Shown here one piece after another: positions 50,452 to 64,000 of a stretch of DNA of 64,000 nucleotides. Under the pieces are notes generated by a model. That model made no database searches and was not told the DNA's origin. It saw only the letters and a list, made by a program, of their open reading frames with translations. Where the stretch lies: positions 129,768,001-129,832,000 of the forward strand of contig NC_086097.1 in NCBI RefSeq assembly GCF_963921235.1, written 5' to 3'. Numbering within the stretch: position 1 is the first letter of the stretch; each line of letters opens with the position of its first letter. A program made the position numbers and the translations under genes. The stretch comes from Mobula hypostoma (lineage: Eukaryota).

Positions 50452-53400
50452 TTGAAAAGGAAAGAGAAAGAAATAGTCCCAGATGGTTGTGTGCAGCATG
50501 AAGATGTGTCAAAGTCTGACCAAGTTAAGAAGGGATATGAAACTTTTATAACAGAAAGATCTGTATCCTTGAAAGAAGGATCCAATTCAGTACCAATAAG
50601 GATACTTAGAGATACTGGAGCTTCTCAATCACTAACATTAGACAGTGTGCTAACGTTTAGTGATGAGTCTGACATTAGTGAGGTAAACTATATAAGAGGA
50701 GTTGGGAGTGCCCTTATGCCAGTACATTTACATAGAGTAAATTTAAGGTCAGGAGAAATTACAGAGGTTGTTAAAGTAGGACTACAATCCAGTTTACCTG
50801 TGAATGATGTTTCTCTTTTGTTCGGGAATGATTTAGCAGGCGGACAAGTTTTTCCTGAAGTGCATTTGACAATAAATTCAAATTCTGAGGAATCACAGAG
50901 GGATTCTAACACAGATTCTTCCTGTGTTGTAACAAGAGCTATGGCTAAAAAGACTGATGTAAAGGATGAAGTTGTTACCCATGAAAGTACAAATCAAGAT
51001 TCGAATTTTGAGGATGTATCAGAAACTTTCTTACCTACATTATTTGATCAGGATTTTGTTGGTAAGTCTGATCAGGAAGATTTGTCTTTATCTCGAAAAG
51101 AGATGATTGCAGAGCAGGATAGAGATCCTGAGACAGTTAAATTAAAAGAACAAGCTCTTCCAGATAGTGAAATTGAAAAAGTGCCAGTAGGATATTATTT
51201 TGAAAAGGGAGTATTAATGAAAAAGTGGAGATCACCTACAATTTCTGCTAGTGAGGAATGGGAAGTTAATCATCAGGGAGTAGTTCCTAAAATTTACCGA
51301 AATGCGATTTTAACTATGGCTCATAGTATTCCTTTGGGTGGTCATTTAGGTGTAAAGAAAACTATGAACTAAGTTTCTAAACATTTTTATTGGCCTAGTT
51401 TAAGACAAGATGTGGTGGCATTTTGTAGAACGTGTCATACGTGTCAAATTGTGGGTAAACTTATTCAGGTTACTCCAGTGGCCCCACTGCAACCAATTCC
51501 AGTATTCAGTGAGCCGTTCTCAAAAATCATTGTAGACTGTGTAGGTCCTTTGCCAAAAACTAAAACTGGACATCAATATTTATTAACTATCATGTGCACA
51601 GCATCTAGGTTTCCAGGGGCAGTACCTCTTAGAAATATAACAGCCAAAACTGTGACAAAGGCTCTTACAAAATTCTTTACTTATTTTGGGTTGCCTAAAG
51701 AAATACAATCGGATCAAGGTAGTAATTTTACGTCTGGGTTGTTTCAGCAGATAGTTTATAAACTAGGAGCAAAACAGATTATTTCCTCAACCTATCATCC
51801 AGAATCACAAGGAGCCTTGGAGAGATTTCATTCTACACTAAAAACTATGAGTAGGACATATTGTGTGGAAAATGAAAAGGACTGGGATGAAGGTATACAT
51901 TTACTACTTTTTGCAGTAAGGGAGGCAGTACAGGAATCATTAGGTTTTAATCCTTTTGAATGTGTTTGGGCATAGAGTTTGAGGACCTTTGGCCTTGTTG
52001 AAGGAAGAGTGGATTAATAAAGAAGTACACACTAATTTGCTAGATTATGTTTTGAAATTTAAAGAAAGATTGTATAAAGCTTGTAGTTTGGCCAAGGAAA
52101 ATTTAAAATTAGCTCAAGAGAAGATGAAGACGTGGTATGACAAGGAAGCTAGGATGAGGTCATTTAAGCCTGGAAATAAGGTGTTGGTTCTTTTCCCAGT
52201 GCAAACAAACCCATTACAAGCCAAATTTCATGGTTCTTATGAGATTACGTCTAAGGTAAATGATGTAGGCTATGTGGTAAAAACCCCAGATCGGAAAAAG
52301 ACAACACAGCTGTGTCATATAAATATGACAAAACCGTATTATGAGAGAAAAGCTGCTACTATGACTGTTGTGATCAATAATAAGTCTGATCTTGATAAAA
52401 ACTTAGTGGAGGATTCATTTGAAACTCATTTTAAACACAACATTATTTCAGCCAGGTTACCAAATTCAAAAATTCTAGAAAATATTGATGAAAAATTAGC
52501 TCATTTACAGCCAGAGCGGAGAGAGCAGATGAATCAGTTAATTTTTAAATATAGAGATTTATTTCCAGACGTCCCTAGAAGAACACCGTAGCTATGCATG
52601 ATGTAGATGTTGGAGATGCAAAATCCTTAAAACAACATCCGTATCGAATGAACAGGGAAAAATGTGAACTTGCTGAACAAGAAATTAAGTATATGTTAGA
52701 GAATGATATTATTAGACATTCTAATTCGAATTGGAGTTCACTGTGTGTTATGGTGCCTAAGCCAGACAATAGTACTAGGTTTTGTACGGATTACAGAAAG
52801 GTGAATACTGTGACAAAAACTGATGCATATCCAATCCTTAGGGTAGATGATTGTGTGGATAAAGTTGGACAGGTGAAATTCCTTACAAAAATTGATTTGT
52901 TAAAAGGTTATTGGTGTGTTCCATTAACGGATAGAGGTAGAGAGATTTCAGCATTTGTAATCCCATCTGGGTTATATGAATATAATGTTCTTCCATTTGG
53001 GATGAAGAATGCACCAGGTACTTTTCAGAGGATGATTAATAGTGTGATTCAGAGATTAGAAGATACAGATGCCTATATTGATGACTTAGTTACAGGAAAT
53101 AATATGTGGAAAGCACATATTACTGTGGTGGAGAAACTATTTCAGAGACTTTCAAAAGCTAACTTAACTATTAATTTAGCTAAAAGTGAATTTGGTCATG
53201 CCACAGTGACTTACCTTGGTTATGTTGTGGGTCAGGGGAAATTAGCACCTGTTCAAGCGAAAGCTCTGACAATTTTAGAAGTACCCATTCCAAATGGTAG
53301 AAAAACTCTCAGAAGGTTCTTGGGTATGGTAGGATATTACAGAAAATTTTGTAAGGATTTTGTAAACATTGCTCTTCCATTAACTAATCTCTTGAAGATA

Positions 53401-53880
53401 AATGAAAAGTTTGTTTGGACAGAGTCTTGTCAAGAGGCATATGATAAATTGAAAACTATAACATGTAGTCAACATGTACTTAAATCTCCCGACTTTGAAA
53501 AACCATTTTCGTTAGCTGTAGATGCCAGTGATGAAGCTGCAGGAGCAGTGTTACTTCAAAGAGATGATGGTGATGAAGTTGATCGTCCAGTAGCTTATTT
53601 TTCTAAGAAATTTAATGCCCATCAAAGAAATTATTCAACAATAGAAAAAGAATTGATATCTCTTGTTTTGGCTTTACAACATTTTGAAGTGTATGTTGGT
53701 ACTACTCATAAACCACTCACAGTTTATATCGATCATAATCCATCAGTGTTTTTGAGTAAGATGAAAAACAAAAATAGAAGATTATTAAATTAGAGTCTAA
53801 TGTTACAGGAGTACAATATTTTAATCACTCATATTAAGGGTAAAGATAATGTGATTGCTGATTGTCTGTCTAGATGTTAA
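50452..53880 (+). pseudogene. pol: pol in PR-IN-RT-RNase H order, a few stops/frameshifts
   Basis: LRDTGASQS; HSIPLGGH..CRTCHTC; VDCVGPLP, SDQGSNF, HPESQGALERFH; DYRKVN, KIDL, PFGM, YIDD; VDASD, IEKE, YIDH. Confidence 0.95.
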
Positions 53881-54088
53881 ATGTACAATGAAAATTTGTT
53901 TTTTTATGGAGTGATATTTTAACATTTGTATCACTCCTACTGTACATTTGTTTGTAAAGGGCTGAAGGATAAGACTGTATATATTCTGTATTTTGTAAAT
54001 TTTATACCTTTGTTTTTTTTTGTATAAATTGTTAATTGTTAAAATTTTGTTCTTTAAGAGACCAAAACATTTTTTTTTTGGAGGGAAG

Positions 54089-54970
54089 TGTTACATGCCT
54101 CAAGGAGATCTGTTATTTTTTTTTGTGAGAATGATGTAATGGTCTTTTGGAGGTCACCTGATGTAATTTTCCCGCTGATGTAAGGTCTCGTGATGACATA
54201 TGCACCACGGGTATATAAGGGTAGACCCCAGATGACGCAGTTAGTTTTTAGTTGGTAGATTTCCAGGTAGAACGTGCTGTGTCTCCGTTTCTGTTGCGTG
54301 TTTGTTTTTGTGACACAGTTTCATTTTTAAAATGGAGTGTTGCGTTCTATTGGAAGATACAATATTATTGGACTGGAAATTTTTGTCTAGATGTGTTGAT
54401 TTACCCTATTCCAGCAGTAGAAGGGAGAGTGAAGATTTTATCGAAGTACAGGACCTGAAGGATTGAGAGGAGTCGGCATCGTTTGGCAGTTTAATAAAGG
54501 ATCGACCTTATTGAGTCTTCGTTGAAGGAGTAGTGACCTGCATTAAAGATAACTCTTGCCAAAAGAGCAAAGAGTTCATGCAAAGGTTTGCTCTCTCTAG
54601 AATTAAGGTCAGTAGTTTTAAACTGTTTATTTACTGCATCGTGAATCCTTTGGACAGAACCGGCAGGAAAGTCGCACCTATGAAGAAATCCTTCTCCAGA
54701 GAAGTCTCTCCCAATTGAACGTATAAATCTGTTGGACTTTTGAATTTACCATTTTAAGAACAATATCTGACTTTATCGCTTTAAGAACTGTTTTGCACTT
54801 AACGCTTTACGAACCAGTGCCCAGTGACGATTTGTTGAACGGCTGCATAACGGTTAACTTCCAGCTAAAGTTTTCGTTTGTTTTTTATCATTTATTCGTG
54901 TTTAATAAATGTTTGATTGTTTTTATATAACCTGTCTCGATTGATATTCATTGTTGCCAGTTACGTAACA
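54089..54970 (+). repeat. 3' LTR, family B
   Basis: Follows the PPT; TG...CA termini. Confidence 0.95.
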
Positions 54971-56039
54971 CTTCTAAACTCCAACGAGTACAGGCCTACA
55001 GCCATCAAATGCTCCTCATTTGTTAACCATTTTATTCCTGGGATCATTCTTGTGAACCTCCTCTGGACCCCCTCCATTGCCAGCACATCTTTTCTTAGAT
55101 AAGGGGCTTAAAATTGCTCACAATACTCCAAGTGTGATCTGACTAATGCCTCATAAAGCCTCAGCATTACCTCTTTGCCATTGTATTCTAGTACTCTTGA
55201 AATGAATGCAAACAGTGCATTCGCCTTCCTCACCACTGACTGAACCCTCAAGTTAACCTTTAAGAAATTCTACATGAAATCTCCCAAGTCCTTTTGCACC
55301 TCAGATTTTTGAATTTTCTCACCAGTTGGAAAATAGTCTAGACTTTTATTCCTTTTACTAGAGTGCATGGCCATGCCTCCCCCGTACTATACTGCCATTT
55401 CTTTGCCCATTCTCCCAATCTGTCCAAGTCCTTCTGCAGGCACCCTGCTTCCTCAACATTACCTGCCCCTCAACCTATCTTTGTATCATCCACAAACTTG
55501 GCCTTAAAGCCATCAATTTCTTCATCCAAGTCATTGACACGTTGTATAAAGGGAAAAAAAGCACTCCTAACACCGGCCCTTGCAGAACACCACTCGTTAT
55601 TGGCAGCCAACCAGAAACTGCCCTCTTTATTCCCATTCTTCGCTTCCTGCCAGTCATCCAATTTCTATCCATGCCAGTATCTTTCCTGTAATACCATGGA
55701 CTCTTATCTTGTTAAGCAACCTCATACACAGAACCTTGTCAAAGGCCTTCTGAAGATCAATCTACACCACCACTGACAACATCCGCTGATTCTACTTTGT
55801 CTATCCTGCCCGTTATTTCCTCATTGAATTCCAACAGATTTGTTGGAAAAGATTTTCCCTAAAGGAAACCATGCTGACTTCGGCCTATCTTGTCATCTGC
55901 TTCCAAGTACCCTGAATCCACATACTTAATAATAGACTTCAACATCTTTCCAACCACTGAAGTCAGGCTAACTAGCCTATAATTTCCTCTCTTCTGCCTC
56001 CCTCCCTTCCAAAAGAGTGGAGTGATATTTGCAGTTGTT

Positions 56040-58270
56040 TGTTCGGAAATATTAATGACAAAGATCCTGAGTATCTGGTTACTCCAGTGTGAAAGCACTT
56101 TCCTCATCTTTGTTTGGGGTGATGTTGAGGAATTGATAGGAGACCTATGAATCCTTGCAACATCTGGTGACTTTGTGATCTCGTCTCAGAAGCTGACATC
56201 TGAATATCTCACAAGACGTAAGGACCCATTGGTGTACCTGGAAAACTTGTGTCAACCAATTGGTGGGAGTGTTCAAAGACATTTTCAGATTTTCAATATG
56301 GCAATTGGAGGTTCTTCCCTGGCTTCCCTGCTTCAAAAGGGTGTCAATCAAACCAGTGCCCAAGACCAAAGAGAGTTGCCTCAATGACTATTGCCCAGTT
56401 GCACTCACATCAACTGTGATTAAGCACTTTGAGAGATTGTTCATGGCCAGAGTCAACACCTGTCAGGCAAGGACCTGGACCTGTTCCAACTTGCCTATCT
56501 ACGATAGGCAAATGGATGCAACCTCACTGGCTCTTCAATCTGCAATCTTTCTGGCTCTTCTGACTGGCAGGAGGCAAAGAGTCTGAATATAGGGGGCTTT
56601 TTCATGTGGTTGCTGCTGACTAGTGGTGTTCTGCAGGAGCTGGTGTTTAGACTGATTCTTTTCATGTATATGTCAATCATTTAGATGGCCTTGTTGCCAA
56701 GTTTGTGGATGATAAAAGATAAGCGGAGGTGTGTTGAGGAAGCAAGGAGTCTGCAGAAGGACTTGGACAGATTGGGAGAACGGCAGAGAAGTGACAAGTA
56801 GAAGAATAGTGAAGGGAAGTGTATGGTTATGTACTTTGGTAGAAGGAATAAAGACGTTAACTATTTTCTCAACCCAGAGAAAATTCAAAAATCAGAGGTG
56901 CAAAGATACTTGAGAGTCTTCATGCCGGATTCCCTAAAGGATAACTTGCAGGATGAGCCAGTGGTAAGATAGGCAAATGCAATTTGAGCATCCATTTTGA
57001 GCGGATTAGAATGTAAAAGCGAGAGTGTAATGCTGAGGCTTTATAAGGCACTGGGCAGACCACACAGAATATTACGAACAGTTTTGGGCCCCTTTTCAAA
57101 GATGAGATGTGCTGGCATTGAAGTGGGTCTAAAGGAGGTTCACAGGAATGTTTCTGTTTCATGGCTGTGGGCCTGTACTTACTGGCGTTTAGAAGAATGA
57201 GGGGGATCTCATTGAAGCCAATTAAATATTGAAAGGCCTAAATAGAGTGGATGCAGAGAGGATGTTTCCAATATTGGGGGAGTCTAGGATGAGAGGGCAC
57301 AGCCCCAGATTAGCGGGACCTCCATTTAGAACAGAGATGAGGAGAAGTCCTTTACTCAGAGGGTGGGGTATCTGTGGAATTCATTGCCATAGATGGCTGT
57401 GGAGGCCAATTCATTGAGTATATTTAAAGTGAAGGTTTATAGGTTCTTGGTAGACAGGACTTCAAAGTTTACATGGAGAAGGCAGGAAAATGGGGCTGAG
57501 AACGATAATGAATCAGTCATGATGGAATAGTGGAGCAAACTCGATGGACCAAATAGCTTAATACTGCTCCCATGTTTTATGGCCCACTCAGCCTCCGACC
57601 ATCTGGACAACAGCAATACCACATTAGGTTGTGATTTATCGATTACAACTCAGCATTGAACACCATCATATCTTCGGTACTCAACAAGGATCAAAACCTG
57701 GGCCTCTGTACCTCGCACTGCAACTGGAAACTTGACCACAGTTAGTGCAGATTGGAAATAATATCTCCTACTTACTGACAATCAGAACTGGTGCACCACA
57801 AGGATGTGTGCTTAGCCCACTGCTCTACTCTGTCTATACGCATGACTGTGTGGCTAGGCATAGCTCTAATGCCATCTATAGTTTTTCTGATGATAGATCT
57901 GTTGTTGGCAGAATCTCAGATGGTGACAAGAAGGTGTACAGGAGTGAGATGCATCAGTTGGTTGAGTGGTGCTGCAACAACAATCTTGCATTCAACATCA
58001 GTAAGACCAAAGAATTGATTGTGGACTTCAGGAAGAGGAAATCAAATGAACATACAGTACTCATCAGTGAGGGATCAGCAGTGGAAAGAGTAAATGTTTT
58101 CCTGGGTGTCAATGTCTCTGAAGATCTGTCTTGGGGCCCACATACTGATGCAATTACAAAGAAGGCATGTCAGCGGTTGTATACATTAGGAGTTTGAAGA
58201 GATTTGTTATGTCACCAATGACTCTAGCAAATTTCTACAGATGTACCATGGAAAGCATTATAACTGGTTC
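56040..58270 (+). mobile_element. Rex1-like LINE interrupted by a CR1 3' portion (~56550-57580)
   Basis: CLNDYCPVALTSTVIKHFERL before the insert and GAPQGCVLSPLLYS..FSDD after it; CR1 tail in between. Confidence 0.8.
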
Positions 58271-58544
58271 TAGCTCCTTAGTTATCTGAGGCTGGATCTC
58301 TCTCCCAGTCATCTCCACCCTGCAACCACATTTCTGTAGTAGCTACAAAAATAATATTCCTTTGTACTAATTTGTGCCACAGGTCCTCTGACCTTGTTGC
58401 AAATGTTATAGGCATTCAGATAAAGTGCCCTTACACTCAATGTCCTTTTAGAATCTAGTTACCTTTGTATCCTTTGCATTTGATTTCTTTACTTTTGACT
58501 TTTTTCTTTACTAGCTTTCTATACTGTAAAGGGGCTGGATGGGA

Positions 58545-60435
58545 AATAGTTTGTCAAATGTGTTCAGGAAAGTTTCCTTAATCAGTACATAGAAATCCCA
58601 ACTTCCCAAAGTCCCAAGATTGAGTAGAATACTAGATCTCCTACTAGGGAATGAGACAGGGCAGGTCATAGAGATTTGTGTAGGGGAACACTTTGCATTT
58701 AGTGATCATAATGTTACTCGTTTCAAAGTAATTATGGAAAGGGATGAGACTGACTGAGATTCTAAATTGGAGAAAGGTTAATTTTGATGGTATCAGAATG
58801 ATCTGGCAAGTATGGATTGGGTTGGGTTCTTTTCTGGGAGAGGTATACTTGGTAAATGGGGGACCTCCAAATATGAAATTTTAAGAGTTTATATGGTCCT
58901 GTCCAAATAAAAGGCAAGGATAACAGGTTTATATTGATATTGAGGTCCTGGCAGGAACAAATTAGGTTCTTGAGTATAAGAAAGGTAAGAAGGAAATCTG
59001 GAGGGCTAAAAGAAGGCAAGAGGATCCTCTAGTAGACAAAGTGATGGAGAATCTCAAGGGCTTCTACAGATATATTAAGAGCGAAAGGATAGCAAGGTGA
59101 AAAATTTGTCCTCTGAAAGATCAGTGGTAATCCATGTGTGGGGTCAAAAAAGATGTGGGGGGATTTTAAGTGGATTTTTTGCATCTGCATTTAATCTGGA
59201 GACTGACACAGAATCTATAGATGGCAGGTAAAGTGACAGTGAGGTCATGGACCCCATAAAGATTACAGAAGAGGAGGTGCTTGCCCTCTTGAGGCAACTA
59301 AAGGTGGATAAATCCCCAGAGCCTGACAATGTGTTCCCTTAGACCCTGTGGGTGGCAAGTGCAGAAATTGCAGGGGCCGTAGCAGAGATATTTAAAACAT
59401 TCTAAGCCATGGATGAGATGCTGGAGGACTGGATGATAGCTTCTGTTGTTCTGTTGTTTAAGAAAGGCTGTAAGAATAAGACTGGAAATTATAGGCAGGT
59501 AAGCCTGACATCAGTCATGGAAAAGTTATTGGAAAATATTCTAAGGGACTGGACATATAAGTATTTGGTTAGATGGATTAATCAACATGGCTTTGAGTGC
59601 ATCTAACCAATTTTACAGAGTTTTTTGCGGAAGTTAGCAGGAAAGTTGATGAAGGCAGGGCAGTGGATTTTGTCTATATGAAATTTAGCAAGGCCTTTGA
59701 CAAGGTCCTATATAGGAGGTTGGTCAAGAAGGTTCAGACAATTAGCATTCAAAATAACATAGTAAATTGGATTACAGATTGATTCGTGGAAAAAGCCAAA
59801 GCGTGGTTGTAGATAGTTGCCTCTCTGACTGGTGGCCTGTGATTAGTGGTGTGCTGCAGATATCGGTGTAGGTTCATTGTTTGTCATCTGTATCAACAAT
59901 CTGGATGATAATATGGTAAACTGAATCAGCAAATTTGCGGATGGTACCAAAACTGAAGGTATAGTGGACAGCAAGGAAGACCATCAGAGCTTGCAGCAAG
60001 ATCTGGACCAGCTGGGAAAATGGGCTGAAAATGGTAGATGGAATTTAATGCAGACAAGTGTGAGGTGTGGCACCTTTGGAGGACCAACCAGGATTGGTCT
60101 TACATGGTGATAGTTAGGGCATTGAGGACTATGGTAGGACAGAGGGATCTGGGAATACAGATCCACGATTCCATGAAAGTGGTGTCATGGGTCATATAGA
60201 AAGCTTTTGGCACCTTGGCCTTCATAAATCAATGTATTGAGTACAGGAGATGAGATGTTATGTTGAAATTGTAGAAGATGTTGCTGAGGCCTAATTTGGA
60301 GTATTGTGTGCAATTTTGGTCACCTACCTTCTGGAAAGATGTTACTAAGATTGAAAGAGTGCAAAGAAAAGTTGCAACGATGTTGCCAGGACCTGGAGAC
60401 TTGAGTTACAGCAAAGGGTTTGAATAGGTTAGAAC
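58545..60435 (+). mobile_element. Old CR1 LINE ORF2 remnant
   Basis: [23 protein letters not shown]; many stops. Confidence 0.85.
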
Positions 60436-60454
60436 TTCTATAGAACTTTGAATA

Positions 60455-62595
60455 GGTTAGGGAAATGTTTAATTGGAGTAAGGGGAAATATGAGGCTATC
60501 AGGCAGGAACTTGGAAGCATAAATTGGAAACAGATGTTCTCAGGGAAACGTACGGAAGAAATGTGGCAAATGTTCAGGGGATATTTGCATGGGGTTCTGC
60601 ATAGGTACGTTCCACTGAGACAGGGAAAGGATGGTAGGGTACAGGAACTGAGGTGTACAAAGGCTGCTGTAAATCTAGTCAAGAGGAAAAGAAGAGCTTA
60701 CAAAAGGTTCAAAAAACTAGGTAATGATAGCGATCTAGATGATTATAAGGTTAGCAGGAAGGAGCTTAAGAATGAAATTAGGAGACCCAGTAGGGGCCAT
60801 GAGAAGGCCTTGGTGGACAGGATTAAGGAAAACTCCAAAGTATTCTACAAGTATGTGAAGAGCAAGAGGATAAGGTGTGAGACAATAGGACCAATCAAGT
60901 GTGACAGTGGAAAAGTGTGTATGGAACCGGAGGAGATAGCAGAGGTATTTAATGAATACTTTGCTTCAGTATTCACTATACAGAAAAGGAGCTTGGCGAT
61001 TGTAGGGATGACTTGCAGCAGAGTGAAAAGCTTGAGCATGTAGATATTAAGGAAGAGGATATGCTGGAGCTTTTAGAAAGCATCAAGTTGGATAAGTCAC
61101 CGGGACCGGATGGGATGTACCCCAGGCTACTGTGGGAGGTGAGGGAGGAGATTGCTGAGCCTCTGGCAATGATCTTTGCATCATCAATGAGGACAGGAGA
61201 GGTTCTGGAGGATTGGAGGGTTGTGGATGTTGTTCCCTTATTCAAGAGATAGCCCAGGTAATTATAGACCAATGCGTTTTACTTCAGTAGTTGGTAAGAC
61301 GATGGAGAAGATCCTAAGAGGCAGGATTTATGAACATTTGAAGAGACATAATATGATTAGGAATAGTCAGCATGACTTTGTGAAAGGCAGGTCATGCCTT
61401 ACAAGCCTGATTGAATTTTATGAGGATGTGTCTAAACACATTGATGAAGGTAGAGCAGTCACATGTAGTGTACATGGATTTCAGCAAGGCATCTGATAAG
61501 GTACCCCATGCAAGGCTTATTGAGAAAGGAGGCATGGGATCCAACGCGACATTGCTTTATGGATCTAGAATTGGCTTGCCCACAGAAGGCAAAGAGTGGT
61601 TGTAGATGGGACATATTCTGCATGGGGGTCAGTGACCAGTGGTGTGCCTCAGGGAACTGTTCTGGGACCACTACTCTTCATGATTTTTATAAATGCCCTG
61701 GATGAGGAAGTGGAGGGATGGGTTAGTAAATTTGCTGATGACACAAAGGTTGGGGGTGTTGTGAATAGTGTGGAGGGCTGTCAGAGGTTACAGCGGGACA
61801 TTGATAGGATGCAAAACTGGGCTGAAAAGTGGCAGATGGAGTTCAACCCAGATAAGTGTGAGGTGGTTCATTTTAATAGGTCAAATATGATGGCAGAATA
61901 TAGCATTAATGGTAAGACTCTTGGCAGTGTGGAGGATCAGAGGGATCTTGAGGTCCGAGTCCATAGGGCACTCAAAGCTGCTACGCAGGTTGACTCTGTG
62001 GTTAAGAAGACATACGGTGCATTGGCCTTCATCAACTGTAGGATTGAGTTTAAGAGCCAAGAGGTAACGTCGCAGCTATATAGGATCCTGGTCAGACCCC
62101 ACTTGGAGTACAGCGCTCAATTCTGGTCGCCTCACTACAGGAAAGACGTGGAAACCATAGAAAGGGTGCAGAGGAGATTTACAAGGATGTTGCTTGGATT
62201 GGGGAGCATGCCTTACGAGAATAGGTTGAGTGAATTCGACCTTTTCTCCTTGGAGCGATGGAGGATCAGAAGTGACCTGATATAGGTGTACTAGATAATG
62301 AGAGGCATTGATTGTGTGGATAGTCAGAGGCTTTTTCCCGGGACTGAAATGGCTAGCATGAGAGGGCATAGTTTTAAGGTGCTTGGAAGTAGGTACATAG
62401 GAGATGTCAGGGGTAAATTTTTTTATGCAGAGAGTAGTGAGTGAGTGGAATAGGCTGCCAGCAGCGGTGGTGGAGGTGGATACAATAGGGTCTTTTAAGA
62501 GACTCTTGGATGGGTACATGGAGCTTGGAAAAATAGAGGGCTATAGGTAAGAATAGGTAGTTCTCAGGTAAGGACATGTTTGGAACAGCTTTGTG
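60455..62595 (+). mobile_element. CR1 LINE ORF2 (same subfamily as 34172-36676)
   Basis: KSPGPDGMYP, SGVPQGTVLGP, KFADDTK, RPHLEYSAQFWSP. Confidence 0.92.
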
Positions 62596-64000
62596 CCTGC
62601 CTGGCATCACCTGTGTTCCCCTTGATCCTCCTACTGGCCCTCAAAATCCGTTTTCTCCTGCCCTCACATCTCTCCTCAGCATACATTTTAATCCCCTTCT
62701 TACTTCTCTTGGTTCCAAACCCTCACCCTTCTGCTTCCAGTGATAATCTTGGAGTCCAAACTGCAATGTCCCCTGGGCCTCTGATTCTCTTCTAAATTCA
62801 GAATAACCCCCCCATCCCCCTACTTTTGAATCTCCTCCCCTTAATTATATTTACCATGGCTCTAAGATCTTAGAGGCACTCATGCCATGTAGTAACACTA
62901 CCACTATCTCAAATGGGACGAGTTAATTCAGCGGCCAGAAAAGGGGAGAAGTTGGAGCCCTCTCAGTCTCCAAAGGAGAACAGTGCAGACACCAGTAATC
63001 TGAAGCATATACAGGAAATTTTGCAAATGCTCTCCAGGTCAAATAGCATCTGAGGAGAAAGAAATGTTACCATTTCAGTCTGAAAACATTCTTCGGAATC
63101 TTTCACAGAAGGTCAATGAGCTGAAACATCGACTCTGTTTCTTTCTCTACAGGTGCAGCCTAACCCGCCGAGTCATTACTTTAGCCATCTCGGTGTATGT
63201 GCCTCACAGGGCAGCATATTTAATAACAGTCACTGAACCAACTAAAATAAATCCTGTCCTCTTGTGGCTTAAACTTTGGTGAATCATTTTATGCGTCAGG
63301 GACATTATGTGCAAGATCAGTACTGAGCCCCACAAATAATATGCGTTAATAGACAGATAACTGTCAATCATGGGTTATAAATTAATTTTAGAATTCATGT
63401 CTATAACCCAGTCAAATGATTATTGCACAGTGTGACTTTCTTAATTGCAGTCCCACAATACATTTGTAAGTGTGTGGTTATCTCTATACAAACCTAATGG
63501 ATTGATCTATCTTGGAGTCAAAGGTTCATCTTGCAGGAATTCAATTTGTAGAGCTACATTGTAAAAGCTTCTTTGAAATTCACTGTATTCTCTCCAAAAA
63601 ATGTCCTATATACACACCGATTCTCCTTACAAAAAGTTTGGCTGAGACTTGGGAAAACTGTTCAGTACCTTGACAGAATAAAGTTGATGGCCTAGAAATT
63701 GTCCTAGCTCATCATTCTGGTATTAACACAGGGCTGCAGATAACCTTGACAGTGTGTGTTGAAGTTTCATAAAAAGGGAGAGTTTCAGTTGTTGGGGAGG
63801 TGATGGGGTGTGAGTATTTGAGCAGGACTTGATTCAGAGTTGATGAGGAAGAATGGAAAAGTATAACTGGTTTGGCAAGAAATCAAGGTCAGTGTTTGAG
63901 TTACAGGAATTAAGTGTTGGGTGGGAGGATGAAAAGGGATGAAAGGTCAGTTGGGTGGGGAGGAGATACTGGGTTAAGGTACAAATAAATCATAGCTGTG

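Larger units (their letters stand above)
48306..54970 (+). mobile_element. Full-length Gmr1-like Gypsy LTR retrotransposon, family B (disabled)
   Basis: Two ~0.87-kb LTRs, PBS, PPT GGAGGGAAG, gag-PR-IN-RT-RH, TSD CTTT/CTTC (1 mismatch). Confidence 0.96.
47933..56040 (-). mobile_element. CR1 LINE split by the Gypsy family B insertion (47933-48305 + 54971-56040)
   Basis: CR1 3' sequence joins across the LTR element (..CATTCC|TTCTAAACTCC..). Confidence 0.88.

Overview
Eukaryotic, transposon-saturated vertebrate DNA. The repeat repertoire (abundant CR1 LINEs, V-domain/HE1-type SINEs, Rex1/Babar, Penelope-like elements) suggests a cartilaginous fish (ray/shark); this is an inference. No intact host protein-coding gene is recognisable, and most ORFs in the track are retroelement fragments or antisense noise. 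Main contents: (1) two families of Gmr1-like Gypsy LTR retrotransposons with tRNA-Pro-type primer sites. Family B has a full-length but disabled copy at 48306-54970 (gag-PR-IN-RT-RH), family A an internally deleted copy at 1-4251, and each family has one solo LTR with a 4-bp TSD. (2) Penelope-like elements (RT + GIY-YIG) whose pseudo-LTRs carry a minimal hammerhead-ribozyme motif, plus short dispersed pLTR/hammerhead copies, one with its own TSD. (3) Many CR1 and Rex1 LINE fragments, bipartite RTE-derived repeats, tRNA-head SINEs with different tails, and hAT and Tc1 MITEs, often nested 3 or more deep. (4) A repeat-poor CpG-rich island (~29.7-31.7 kb) with a candidate minus-strand first coding exon, and a second candidate 90-bp exon at 42525-42614. 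I found no clearly new biological system. The best leads are the hammerhead-bearing Penelope termini and their short mobile derivatives, and the enzyme-deleted, Gag/PR-retaining Gmr1 derivative.
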